Source: Bacillota bacterium (GTDB lineage Bacteria > Bacillota > Clostridia > Lachnospirales > Lachnospiraceae). Taken from it: 64,000 bases of DNA. Positions 7,351 to 16,888 of this stretch are shown here, piece after piece. Numbering within the stretch: position 1 is the first letter of the stretch; each line of letters starts with the position of its first letter. The translations under genes and the position numbers were made by a program. The DNA lies in assembly GCA_023398615.1 (NCBI GenBank), contig JAEWSD010000210.1, positions 22,109 through 86,108 on the forward strand. Direction: 5' to 3'. Under the pieces are notes generated by a model. The model saw nothing but the letters and a program-made list of their open reading frames with translations. It made no database searches and had not been told where the DNA came from.

Positions 7351-8861
7351 TGGAAGCTTTAAGTATAGAAGAAATTGCACAAGCCGTTGGCGGCAGGATA
7401 TTGCAAGGTGACAGGAATTACCGTATTAATTCGGTAAGTACGAATTCTAAAAACCTGGAGCCCGGTGCGCTCTTTGTACCCATAGTTGGCGAAAAAGTGG
7501 ATGCACACGATTATATTGACGATGCTTTTGCAAACGGGGCGGCAGCCTGCTTTACAAGCAGGCCGGAAACTGTCCTGCCGGAGCATATATATATTGCGGT
7601 TGAAGACACACTGGCTGCCTTGCAGGCTCTTGGCTCCTGGTACCGCGGGAGATTCAGCGTGCCGGTGATCGGGATAACGGGAAGTGTCGGGAAAACCACG
7701 ACGAAGGAAATGGTTGCGGCGGCGTTTATGACCGGATATAATGTCCTTAAGACAGAAGGGAACATGAACAGTCAGATCGGGCTTCCGCTCATGATGCTCC
7801 GGTTAAATCCCTGCCATCAGATAGCGGTAATTGAGATGGGCATGAGCGAGGAAGGGGAGATGGCAAAGCTGACAGCCATAGCAAAGCCGGAAGCTGCCAT
7901 CATGACAAATATCGGGGTATCCCATATCGGACAGTTAAAAACAAAAGAGAATATCCGTAAAGAAAAGTTAAACATAATAAATGCATTCGGCGAGCATTCC
8001 AAGCTGTATATTAACGGCAATGATACGCTGCTTGCCGATATCTATTACTCCAGGTACCCGGACAGAAAGGATTCCTCTGCTGCTTCCCGAAGCTCCTTTC
8101 AGGCGGAATCAGGGCAAAAGGCAGGCATTGATATCAGTGCCGTTACCGCGGGGGCACTTAAGAATGCCGATGTGGTCGCGTTTGGGACGGAAAGCTTCTG
8201 CGGATACCGTGCGGAAGATATCCGGATGAAAGACGGGAAAACTTATTTTAATCTGGTAACAGATCACGGTAACGAGGAAGAAATCGAGCTGCAGGTTTTG
8301 GGTATCCATAACGTATACAATGCCCTGGCGGCACTTGCTGCGGCGGAGCAATACGGTATTCCGGCTTCCGTTGCAAAAGAAGGGCTGCGCCTTTATCAGC
8401 CGATTGCCATGCGCGGGCAGATACTGGAATTGAATCAGGTGAAAATAATAGATGATTCCTACAATGCAAGCCCGGATTCCATGAAGAGCGGGATTCAGGT
8501 TCTTATAGAGCTGGAAGGCGTTACCCGCAGGATAGCGGTGCTTGCGGATGTATTGGAGCTTGGTGAGCAGTCTTACCAATGCCATTATGAGGTGGGAACC
8601 TACATTGCGGGGCAAAAGGTGGATGAAGTGGTTACCGTAGGCAGTGAAGCTGCTTATATAGCACAGGCGATACAGGATAAGAATCCTGCGGTGGTTACAC
8701 ATAGCTTTCAAAGGAATGAGGAAGCGTCCGCTTATCTGAAAAGCACGGTAAGAGCCGGTGATGCGGTATTGGTAAAGGGTTCCAGGTCCATGCGGACGGA
8801 TGAGATCGTCAGGGCTTTATCCGGCGGCCCGGCACAGCAGGATATTCCGGTTAACGGGTAA
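7350..8861 (+). CDS. murF: UDP-MurNAc-tripeptide:D-Ala-D-Ala ligase
   Basis: GITGSVGKTTTKEM P-loop and DSYNASPDSM motif. The ATG overlaps the murE stop (TGATG). Confidence 0.92.
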   Translation: MEALSIEEIAQAVGGRILQGDRNYRINSVSTNSKNLEPGALFVPIVGEKVDAHDYIDDAFANGAAACFTSRPETVLPEHIYIAVEDTLAALQALGSWYRGRFSVPVIGITGSVGKTTTKEMVAAAFMTGYNVLKTEGNMNSQIGLPLMMLRLNPCHQIAVIEMGMSEEGEMAKLTAIAKPEAAIMTNIGVSHIGQLKTKENIRKEKLNIINAFGEHSKLYINGNDTLLADIYYSRYPDRKDSSAASRSSFQAESGQKAGIDISAVTAGALKNADVVAFGTESFCGYRAEDIRMKDGKTYFNLVTDHGNEEEIELQVLGIHNVYNALAALAAAEQYGIPASVAKEGLRLYQPIAMRGQILELNQVKIIDDSYNASPDSMKSGIQVLIELEGVTRRIAVLADVLELGEQSYQCHYEVGTYIAGQKVDEVVTVGSEAAYIAQAIQDKNPAVVTHSFQRNEEASAYLKSTVRAGDAVLVKGSRSMRTDEIVRALSGGPAQQDIPVNG

Positions 8862-8896
8862 TTGGCAAAAGGATAAGGTAAAGGCGGTGAATTGGT

Positions 8897-11158
8897 ATGA
8901 AAATGGAATATGCAGATATAATCGTTAATATTTCCCATGAAAACCTGGATAAAACATACCAATACAGAATTCCGGAAGAGATGGCGGACCAGGCGGTTAT
9001 CGGGGCTTTGGCAATGGTTCCCTTCGGAAAGGGAGACCGGTTGATTAAGGGCTACATCGTAGGCCTTTCTTCCGAACCGAAATGGAAGGTAGAGTTAATC
9101 AAGCCGATACGTGAGATAGTAAATGATGCCCTGATAATAGAAAGTCAGCTGATACATTTGGCTTATTGGATGAAGGAAAGCTTCGGAGCTACCATGAATG
9201 ACGCCCTGAAAACGGTCATTCCGGTCAAAAGAACGGTGAAATCCAGGGAAAAGAAAACCATAAGACTGAGCATGGCAGCGGGAGAAGCAAGCGAATATCT
9301 TGACACCTTTATCAAGAAAAATAACCGCGGACGGGTGCGTCTGCTGGAAGAAATACTGAAACAGGAAGAAATTGATTTTGATCTGGCCGTAAGCAAATTA
9401 AATATTTCCAGAAACACCATAAGGGATATGGAAGGTATGGGTATCATCACTACAGATGTAGAACGATTGTTCCGAAACCCTGTTGCCGACACCGGCGCAG
9501 AGAAAGAGAATATTCTGCTTACGGAAGAACAGAGAATGGTCGTAAAAGGGATAACAGATGATTACCGGTCCGGAATCCGGGACGTCTATCTGCTGCACGG
9601 TGTTACGGGAAGCGGAAAGACGGAGGTATACATGGAGATCATATCCGCGGTCATAAAGCAGGGCAGAAAGGTAATTATGCTGATTCCGGAGATTGCTTTG
9701 ACTTATCAGACGGTGATGCGTTTCTATAAAAAGTTTGGTGACCGGATATCTATTATGAATTCAAGGCTGTCCCAGGGGGAACGGTATGATCAGTATGTAA
9801 GAGCCAGGGAAGGTGCCATTGATATTATGATCGGCCCGAGATCGGCATTGTTTACACCGTTTCAGGATCTGGGCCTGATTATCATGGATGAGGAACACGA
9901 AGGCAGCTATAAGAGCGAGAGCTTACCGAAATATCATGCCAGAGATGTCGCGGTAGAGCGTGCCCGGCTTGCCGGTGCCAGTGTGGTTCTTGGCTCCGCC
10001 ACTCCTTCGCTGGAATCCTACGGCAGGGCATTGCAGGGGAACTATAAGCTCTATACCTTGCCGTCACGTATCGGTGACAGCTCTCTGCCGAAGATTTGGA
10101 TCGAAGATTTGCGGGAAGAATTAAAAAAGAAGAATAAATCCATTTTCAGTCTTCATTTAAAGGAATTAATGGAAGAAAGATTAAGAAAAAAACAGCAGAT
10201 CATGCTGTTTATCAATAGAAGAGGCTATGCCGGTTTCATTTCCTGCCGAAGCTGCGGACATGTAATGAAATGTCCGCACTGTGATATCTCATTGACATCA
10301 CATAATAACGGGACCCTTGTCTGCCACTACTGCGGACACGCGGAGCCTTCTCCGGCGGCCTGTCCGAATTGCGGTTCCCGTTATATAGCGGCTTTCGGAA
10401 CCGGAACACAGAAGGTCGAGGAACAGGTAAGAAAAGAGTTCCCCGGCGCAAGAGTTTTACGCATGGATATGGATACGACGAGAACGAAAGACGGCCATGA
10501 GAAGATACTGTCCGCATTCGCCAATCAGGAAGCGGATATATTGGTCGGTACCCAGATGATTGTCAAGGGACACGATTTTCCGATGGTAACCCTGGTTGGT
10601 ATCCTTGCCGCCGACCTTTCTTTATACGCGTCGGATTACATGGCGGCGGAGAGGACCTTTCAGCTTTTGGTCCAGGCTGCCGGGCGGGCCGGCAGGGGGA
10701 AAGACCCCGGAGAGGTAATTATCCAGACCTACCAGCCGGAGCATTATAGTATTACGACGGCAAGCCGGGGGGATTATGCCGGTTTTTACAAGCAGGAGAT
10801 GCACTACAGGGAACTGCTTCAATATCCGCCGGCCGCCCATATACTGGCTGTTCTTATTGCTTCAAAGGACGAGGAAAAAGCGAACTTTGCTTCCGGGTTG
10901 CTTAACGGAGCTTTAAGAGAGTGGATTGTATCGTCAGGTGAAGCCAAGGAAAATGCGGATGAGACTGCGATAATCGGTCCAGCGGCGGCCACATTATCGA
11001 AGGCAAACGATATTTACCGGTTTATGGTATATATAAAGCAAAAGGATTACGGATTGCTGATCCGGATAAAAAACTATCTGGAAGGCTATGTCAGCTATTC
11101 GGAATATTTTAAGGGCTGCGGCGTACAGTTTGATTTTGATCCGATGAGCAGCTATTAG
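8897..11158 (+). CDS. priA: Primosomal protein N' (replication restart helicase)
   Basis: Walker A GVTGSGKTEVY, DEEH box (MDEEHEGSYK) and the Cys-rich zinc module CRSCGHVMKCPHC...CHYCGH...CPNCGS. Confidence 0.95.
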   Translation: MKMEYADIIVNISHENLDKTYQYRIPEEMADQAVIGALAMVPFGKGDRLIKGYIVGLSSEPKWKVELIKPIREIVNDALIIESQLIHLAYWMKESFGATMNDALKTVIPVKRTVKSREKKTIRLSMAAGEASEYLDTFIKKNNRGRVRLLEEILKQEEIDFDLAVSKLNISRNTIRDMEGMGIITTDVERLFRNPVADTGAEKENILLTEEQRMVVKGITDDYRSGIRDVYLLHGVTGSGKTEVYMEIISAVIKQGRKVIMLIPEIALTYQTVMRFYKKFGDRISIMNSRLSQGERYDQYVRAREGAIDIMIGPRSALFTPFQDLGLIIMDEEHEGSYKSESLPKYHARDVAVERARLAGASVVLGSATPSLESYGRALQGNYKLYTLPSRIGDSSLPKIWIEDLREELKKKNKSIFSLHLKELMEERLRKKQQIMLFINRRGYAGFISCRSCGHVMKCPHCDISLTSHNNGTLVCHYCGHAEPSPAACPNCGSRYIAAFGTGTQKVEEQVRKEFPGARVLRMDMDTTRTKDGHEKILSAFANQEADILVGTQMIVKGHDFPMVTLVGILAADLSLYASDYMAAERTFQLLVQAAGRAGRGKDPGEVIIQTYQPEHYSITTASRGDYAGFYKQEMHYRELLQYPPAAHILAVLIASKDEEKANFASGLLNGALREWIVSSGEAKENADETAIIGPAAATLSKANDIYRFMVYIKQKDYGLLIRIKNYLEGYVSYSEYFKGCGVQFDFDPMSSY

Positions 11159-11251
11159 CATAGAAGTAAAAGGCAACAAAAAGAATTTAAAACTGAAAAT
11201 TTACGCAATTAATAACTTACAGGTAAGTTAAAATGCAGGAAAGAGGTTAGG

Positions 11252-11731
11252 ATGGCAATCAGAAATATCAGAATGATAGGTGACAAAGCGTTAACGAAAG
11301 TATCAAGGGAGGTTACGGAGATGACTCCGAAGCTGAAAACGCTTATTGAAGACATGTTTGATACCATGTATGAGGCGCAGGGTGTCGGCCTGGCGGCGCC
11401 CCAGGTAGGAATCCTGAAACGCATCGTTGTAATCGATGCATCTCCGGAGGGCGACAGCCCGATCGTTTTGATCAATCCTGTCATATTGGAAACGGACGGG
11501 GAACAGACGGGTGATGAAGGCTGCTTAAGCTTACCCGGTAAATCCGGAATTGTGACAAGACCTAACTATGTGAAAGTCAGGGCATTGAACGAAGACATGG
11601 AGGAAATCACACTGGAAGGCACCGAACTGCTTGCAAGGGCGTTCTGCCATGAGATAGATCACCTGGAAGGTATTCTCTATGTCGATAAAGTCATCGGTGA
11701 TCTTCATTCCGCGGAAAGTATCGAGGAATAG
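11252..11731 (+). CDS. def: Peptide deformylase
   Basis: GVGLAAPQVG, EGCLSLPG and HEIDHLEG motifs. Confidence 0.95.
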   Translation: MAIRNIRMIGDKALTKVSREVTEMTPKLKTLIEDMFDTMYEAQGVGLAAPQVGILKRIVVIDASPEGDSPIVLINPVILETDGEQTGDEGCLSLPGKSGIVTRPNYVKVRALNEDMEEITLEGTELLARAFCHEIDHLEGILYVDKVIGDLHSAESIEE

Positions 11732-11947
11732 AATTGCATATGACTGGAAATATTCAATTAAGAATCTATTAAATATTATGAAGTCTTTCTTAAGTGGTGG
11801 ATTTCAATACATGAATTTATTATAATAAAGTAAGGATGCCGGAGAAAATACGGAAGGAAAGGTTAGTTTGCGGCTGTCTCATTCTTTCGGCATGACTGTT
11901 GAGGCAGTATCATATCTTAGACAGAGATGATATGCAACGGACAAGGT

Positions 11948-12874
11948 ATGAAAATAGTTTTTATGGGTACTCCCGGCCTGGCTGCCGCCGTACTGGATAA
12001 ATTACTCCGTTCCGGACATCAGGTGCTGGCAGTGGTTACGCAGCCGGACAGGCCCAAGGGAAGAAGCAAACAGGTGCAGTTTACTCCTGTGAAGGAATTG
12101 GCTGTACAATACAATATACCGGTATATCAGCCGGAAAGAGTTAAGCAGGAAGGTTTTTATTCCGTCCTGGAGGAACTGAAACCGGACATCATAGTTGTGG
12201 CCGCATTTGGACAGATATTGCCGAAGAATATATTGGAGTTACCCGAATACGGCTGCATTAATGTTCATGCGTCTCTCCTTCCGAAGTACCGGGGAGCCGC
12301 GCCGATCCAGTGGAGTATCATAAACGGTGAGGAAAAGACAGGCATTACCATTATGCATATGGATCCCGGGATTGATACCGGAGATATGATTATGCAGGCC
12401 GAGGTTCCGATAGATCCCAAGGAAACAGCCGGAAGTCTGCACGACAAGCTGGCAGTCTGCGGCGGTGATTTACTGGTGAAAGCACTGGCGGCTCTGGAAT
12501 CCGGCACGGCAGTCAGAGAGAAGCAAAACGATGCGGAAATGACCTATGCAAAAATGTTGGATAAATCCCAGGGGCATATAGACTTTAACAATTCCGCATG
12601 TGAAATCGAAAGACTGATACGCGGATTGAATCCCTGGCCGAGTGCCTATACGGTGCTGGACGGAAAAGCCCTGAAGATATGGGATGCCGACGCCGCGGAT
12701 ACCCCGGCGGCAGGTGCACCCGGTGAAATCGTCTCCGCTACGAAGGATTCCATTGTAGTTGCGACCGGGAAGGGTAACCTGATCGTACGTGAATTACAGC
12801 TGGAAGGTAAAAAAAGGATGACAGTTGAGGCTTTTTTGCGTGGATATTCTATAATTGAGGGAACCATATTATAA
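11948..12874 (+). CDS. fmt: Methionyl-tRNA formyltransferase
   Basis: MKIVFMGTP N-terminus, HASLLPKYRGAAPIQW motif and C-terminal Fmt domain. I prefer the start at 11948 to the ORF-track 11927. Confidence 0.93.
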   Translation: MKIVFMGTPGLAAAVLDKLLRSGHQVLAVVTQPDRPKGRSKQVQFTPVKELAVQYNIPVYQPERVKQEGFYSVLEELKPDIIVVAAFGQILPKNILELPEYGCINVHASLLPKYRGAAPIQWSIINGEEKTGITIMHMDPGIDTGDMIMQAEVPIDPKETAGSLHDKLAVCGGDLLVKALAALESGTAVREKQNDAEMTYAKMLDKSQGHIDFNNSACEIERLIRGLNPWPSAYTVLDGKALKIWDADAADTPAAGAPGEIVSATKDSIVVATGKGNLIVRELQLEGKKRMTVEAFLRGYSIIEGTIL

Positions 12875-12976
12875 TATATTATGGTATCGCGAGTTTTTTT
12901 GTGAGTGGAGCAAGCGAAAGTCACAGAAAACCCGAGACATGTGCGCGCAGAAAGAAGCGCGGGAATGGAGGAAACT

Positions 12977-13666
12977 ATGTTGTATTTCGATCCGTATTAT
13001 ATTCTGGTTATAATCGGTGCGGTGCTGTGTCTGGCGGCATCGGCAAGAGTGAAAACAACCTTTGCAAAATATTCAAAAGTAAGAAGCATGTCAGGAATGA
13101 CAGGTGCGGAAGCGGCTGAAAGGATTCTCCGCTCCGCAGGAATCTATGATGTAGCCGTACAGAGAGTGGAAGGTAATCTGACGGACCATTATGACCCGAG
13201 GAACAGGACTTTAAGCCTGTCCGACAGTGTATTCGGACAGACTTCCGTTGCGGCGATCGGGGTAGCGGCACATGAATGCGGCCATGCCATCCAGCATAAC
13301 AACGGCTATGTGCCGCTTCGCCTGCGTTCTGCCATCGTACCGGTGGCCAATTTCGGTTCGGCCGTCTCATGGCCGATTATTTTAGTGGGGGCATTGTTTG
13401 CCAATTCACAGATATTGATTGATATTGGCATAATTCTGTTCTCCGCGGCAGTATTGTTCCAGCTGGTCACCTTGCCGGTGGAACTAAATGCCTCTGCCAG
13501 AGCGGTCCGTATCCTTGGGGATACCGGAATTCTTTATGACGAGGAATTAAAGCATACGAGGGCGGTGCTGGGTGCGGCTGCACTGACCTATGTAGCGGGA
13601 GCTGCCGCAATGGTACTGCAATTAATCAGGCTGCTTTTCCTGTTTGGAGGAAGGGACCGTGACTGA
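12977..13666 (+). CDS. Membrane zinc metallopeptidase (YugP-like neutral Zn-peptidase family)
   Basis: MLYFDPYYILV..., HECGHAIQH (HExxH) and C-terminal TM helices. A GGAGGA RBS lies 5 nt before the ATG at 12977. Confidence 0.85.
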   Translation: MLYFDPYYILVIIGAVLCLAASARVKTTFAKYSKVRSMSGMTGAEAAERILRSAGIYDVAVQRVEGNLTDHYDPRNRTLSLSDSVFGQTSVAAIGVAAHECGHAIQHNNGYVPLRLRSAIVPVANFGSAVSWPIILVGALFANSQILIDIGIILFSAAVLFQLVTLPVELNASARAVRILGDTGILYDEELKHTRAVLGAAALTYVAGAAAMVLQLIRLLFLFGGRDRD

Positions 13667-15032
13667 AAAACAGACGGATGCAAGAGAAATAGCGCTTGAG
13701 ATAGTGACGGATATACTTGAGAATGGTAATTACAGCCATACCGTACTTGGAGGTGCTCTTAAGCAGTACCGGCATCTCGGAAAGCAGGACAGGGCACTGA
13801 TTACAAGAATCTGTGAAGGAACGGTTGAGCGTCTCATCACGCTCGATTTTATCCTGAACTGTTATTCCACACTGAAAGTAAACAGGATGAAACCGTTCAT
13901 ACGCAATCTTTTAAGAATGAGCGTATATCAGATAAAATATATGGATCAGGTTCCGGATTCCGCAGTCTGCAATGAAGCGGTGAAGCTGGCAAAAAAGAGA
14001 GGCTTTAAGAATCTGAGCGGTTTCGTTAATGGGGTGCTGCGTAATGCGGCAAGGCAGAAGGGAAACCTGCCCTATCCGAAGGAAGAGCAGGAACCGGTCC
14101 GTTACCTGAGTATAGCCTATTCCGTACCGGAATGGCTTATCGGGAATTTACTGGACCAATATGAGTATTCGGTTGTGAAACGGATGTTTATGGCTTCCCT
14201 CGAGGACCGGAAGACAACAATCCGATGCAATCTGAACCGAATTACGGCGGAAGAACTAAGGCAGCAGCTTACGAAGTCGGGAGCTGCCGTTGAAAACGGC
14301 TCTTATCTGCCTTATGCGCTAAAGATTTCGGATTATGATTCCCTAAGCCGGATGGAAGCATTCCAAAAGGGTTACTTTCAGGTACAGGATGAAAGTTCCA
14401 TGTTAGTCGGAGAGGTATCCGGCGTAAGGGAAGGCGACTATGTTGTCGATGTGTGCGCGGCGCCGGGCGGGAAAGCTCTTCATATTGCGGAAAGAATGAA
14501 TGCTACCGGAAAGGTAAGCGCACGGGACATATCCGACGGTAAAATTTCATTAATACGGGAGAATATAGCCCGTCTGGGGTATGCCAATATTGAGGTAAAG
14601 ATACAGGATGCTTTGCTTGCGGATCAGGAAAGCATCGGAAAGGCAGATATTGTGATTGCGGATCTGCCGTGTTCCGGACTGGGGGTCATCGGCAGAAAAC
14701 CCGATATCAAATATAATATGACAAGAGAGAAGCAGCTTGGACTGGTACGGCTTCAAAGGGAGATCCTTAAGGTAGTGCAGCAGTATGTGAAACAGGACGG
14801 GGTATTGATTTACAGTACCTGCACCGTTAACCGGGAAGAAAATATAGAAAACGTGCGCTGGTTTACAGACAGCTATGATTTCAGGCCGGAAAGTCTGGAA
14901 CTGTATCTGCCGGAGGGGCTTCGGAGTAGTACGGTGAAGGAAGGATATCTGCAATTGATACCCGGAATACACGATACCGACGGTTTCTTTATTGCCAGAC
15001 TGAGAAGGTACGGGCAGAAAAAGGGAAATTAA
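13659..15032 (+). CDS. rsmB: 16S rRNA (cytosine-C5)-methyltransferase RsmB/Sun
   Basis: N-terminal NusB-like domain, the SAM site DVCAAPGGK, and the catalytic DLPCSG and YSTCT motifs. A GTG start at 13659 after GGAGGAAGGG is plausible; the ORF-track start is 13644. Confidence 0.9.
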   Translation: MTEKQTDAREIALEIVTDILENGNYSHTVLGGALKQYRHLGKQDRALITRICEGTVERLITLDFILNCYSTLKVNRMKPFIRNLLRMSVYQIKYMDQVPDSAVCNEAVKLAKKRGFKNLSGFVNGVLRNAARQKGNLPYPKEEQEPVRYLSIAYSVPEWLIGNLLDQYEYSVVKRMFMASLEDRKTTIRCNLNRITAEELRQQLTKSGAAVENGSYLPYALKISDYDSLSRMEAFQKGYFQVQDESSMLVGEVSGVREGDYVVDVCAAPGGKALHIAERMNATGKVSARDISDGKISLIRENIARLGYANIEVKIQDALLADQESIGKADIVIADLPCSGLGVIGRKPDIKYNMTREKQLGLVRLQREILKVVQQYVKQDGVLIYSTCTVNREENIENVRWFTDSYDFRPESLELYLPEGLRSSTVKEGYLQLIPGIHDTDGFFIARLRRYGQKKGN

Positions 15033-15050
15033 GAGAGGCATTTATTTAGG

Positions 15051-16094
15051 ATGGATAAAATAGATATTAAATCTTTGGATTTGGAAGAACTGAAGGTGCT
15101 GACGGCCGGCCTGAAAGAGAAAGCCTTCCGGGCAAAACAGATCTATGACTGGATGCATGTAAAGCTGGCGGACAGCTTTGAGGAAATGACCAATATTCCG
15201 TTGCAGTTAAGGGAACGGCTTAAGGATATATGTGTCCTGACTAGCCTTGAAACGCTTGATAAATTGGAGTCGGAGTCCGGGGAAACCGCTAAATTCCTGT
15301 TCCGGTTAAACGACGGCAATGTTTTGGAAAGTGTACTTATGAAGTATCACCACGGCAATTCCGTATGTATATCCTCCCAGGTTGGCTGTAAGATGGGCTG
15401 CAGGTTCTGCGCCTCTGCAATAGGGGGCTTTGAAAGGAATTTAAGACCTTCCGAGATGCTGGAGCAGATTTACCGGATACAAAAAGCATCCGGCGAGAGG
15501 GTAGCTAATGTAGTGGTTATGGGAACCGGCGAACCCCTGGACAACTATGATAACCTGCTTAAGTTCATTGGTATGCTGACAGACGGCAACGGCTTGAATA
15601 TCAGTCAGCGGAATATAACGGTTTCGACCTGCGGGCTTGTGGACAGAATGAAGGCGTTAGCGGGGGAAAAGCTTCAGATTACCCTGGCGTTATCGTTACA
15701 TGCCCCGAACGATCAGGTAAGAAAACAGCTTATGCCGGTTTCGGAACGTTATGGCATGGACGATATTATGGAGGCTTGTGCTTATTACTATGAAAAAACA
15801 GGAAGAAGAATCACCTTCGAGTACAGTCTTGCGGAGGGCGTGAATGATTCGCCCGAACATGCCGCGGAGCTTGCGCGCAGGATAAAAGGCCTGAACTGTC
15901 ATGTTAACCTTATTCCGGTCAATCCGATAAAGGAGAGAAATTACAGGCAATCAGGGGCTGAAAAAATTCAAAAATTTAAAAATATACTTGAAAAATATAG
16001 AATAAATGTTACTATTAGAAGAGAAATGGGTACAGATATCAATGCTGCCTGCGGGCAATTACGTAAAAACTATCTGGATCATTATACTGATTAG
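15051..16094 (+). CDS. rlmN: 23S rRNA/tRNA (adenine-C2)-methyltransferase, radical SAM
   Basis: CxxxCxxC motif as CKMGCRFC, plus GMGEPL-like (VMGTGEPLDN) and C-terminal ACGQL motifs. Confidence 0.95.
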   Translation: MDKIDIKSLDLEELKVLTAGLKEKAFRAKQIYDWMHVKLADSFEEMTNIPLQLRERLKDICVLTSLETLDKLESESGETAKFLFRLNDGNVLESVLMKYHHGNSVCISSQVGCKMGCRFCASAIGGFERNLRPSEMLEQIYRIQKASGERVANVVVMGTGEPLDNYDNLLKFIGMLTDGNGLNISQRNITVSTCGLVDRMKALAGEKLQITLALSLHAPNDQVRKQLMPVSERYGMDDIMEACAYYYEKTGRRITFEYSLAEGVNDSPEHAAELARRIKGLNCHVNLIPVNPIKERNYRQSGAEKIQKFKNILEKYRINVTIRREMGTDINAACGQLRKNYLDHYTD

Positions 16095-16149
16095 GGCTGT
16101 GATTCTATATTTCAAAATATAGTATTTTGAAATTAGAGGAGGTGTGAAC

Positions 16150-16872
16150 ATGAAATCTTTTTCTATAACAGATGTAGGAGAAAAACGCCAGATTAACCAG
16201 GACTACATTTTTTGTGATGAGAATAGCGTAGGTGGGCTTCCAAATTTGTTCATAGTAGCTGACGGAATGGGCGGACATAATGCCGGGGATTATGCTTCCA
16301 GATTTTGTGTAGAAGTTTTTACGGAACAGATTAGAAAAAACCAGATAAAGACCCCGATAGGAATGATATCGGAAGCGTTACAGTTTACGAACGATCTGCT
16401 TCTTGAGGAAGCAAGGATAAACCATAGTTTAAAAGGAATGGGCACTACCTTTGTTGCTGCGACGATTATCGATTCCGTTATGTATGTTGCCAATATCGGT
16501 GACAGCAGGTTGTATGTCATCGGTGACGGAATGAAGCAGGTCACGGAGGATCATTCCCTCGTGGAAGAAATGGTTAAAACCGGGGAACTCGACAGAAAGG
16601 ATATGCGGTTTCATCCGAATAAGAACATTATTACCAGAGCTTTAGGAGCCAACGCCAATGTTGTACCTGATTATTTTGAGATCAACTTAAAGACAGACGA
16701 TACCGTTTTAATTTGCTCGGATGGACTGACCAATATGCTGGATGATCAGGAGATCATGAAAATAGTCAAACAATACCCTGAGGATTTGGAGAAGGCTGCA
16801 AAAACCTTAGTGGAAAGGGCAAATGAGAACGGCGGCAAAGATAACATATCGATAGTTTTAGTAAAACCATAG
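16150..16872 (+). CDS. prpC: PP2C-family Ser/Thr phosphatase
   Basis: NQDY..., ADGMGGH and CSDGL..GGKDNISIV motifs. The gene sits immediately upstream of the PASTA kinase. Confidence 0.9.
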   Translation: MKSFSITDVGEKRQINQDYIFCDENSVGGLPNLFIVADGMGGHNAGDYASRFCVEVFTEQIRKNQIKTPIGMISEALQFTNDLLLEEARINHSLKGMGTTFVAATIIDSVMYVANIGDSRLYVIGDGMKQVTEDHSLVEEMVKTGELDRKDMRFHPNKNIITRALGANANVVPDYFEINLKTDDTVLICSDGLTNMLDDQEIMKIVKQYPEDLEKAAKTLVERANENGGKDNISIVLVKP

Positions 16873-16888
16873 TGAGAGGTGAGTAAGA

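Noticed and set aside
8014-8040. Sigma-D-like -10 element GCCGATAT (8033-8040)
   Set aside because: It lies inside the murF coding sequence. The nearest TAAA-like -35 (TAAC) is 18 nt away rather than 15 nt. There is no motility gene downstream.
8109-8711. 200-aa antisense ORF inside murF. Similar long antisense ORFs lie inside other genes: 50241-50861 (fliF), 53583-54236 (fliI), 55020-55658 (ylxF-like), 58975-59757 (flgE), 14550-15041 (rsmB), 26169-26675 (PBP) and 52800-53387 (fliH/fliI).
   Set aside because: All lie fully inside well-supported sense genes, lack RBSs, and give low-complexity translations. Long stop-free antisense frames are expected by chance opposite such coding sequence.
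11732-11947. THF or ZTP riboswitch in the def-fmt spacer
   Set aside because: The conserved cores as I remember them (ZTP: GGGUCGUGAC...CCGCCUGGGC; THF: AGUAG...GGGAUG...UGCAUCCGCU) are not present. The spacer is kept only as a low-interest unexplained region.
12901-13119. 72-aa ORF, and the N-terminal extension of the Zn-peptidase ORF (12905-12976)
   Set aside because: The family normally starts at MLYFDP..., and a GGAGGA RBS precedes the ATG at 12977. The upstream extension and the alternate frame have no supporting signals.
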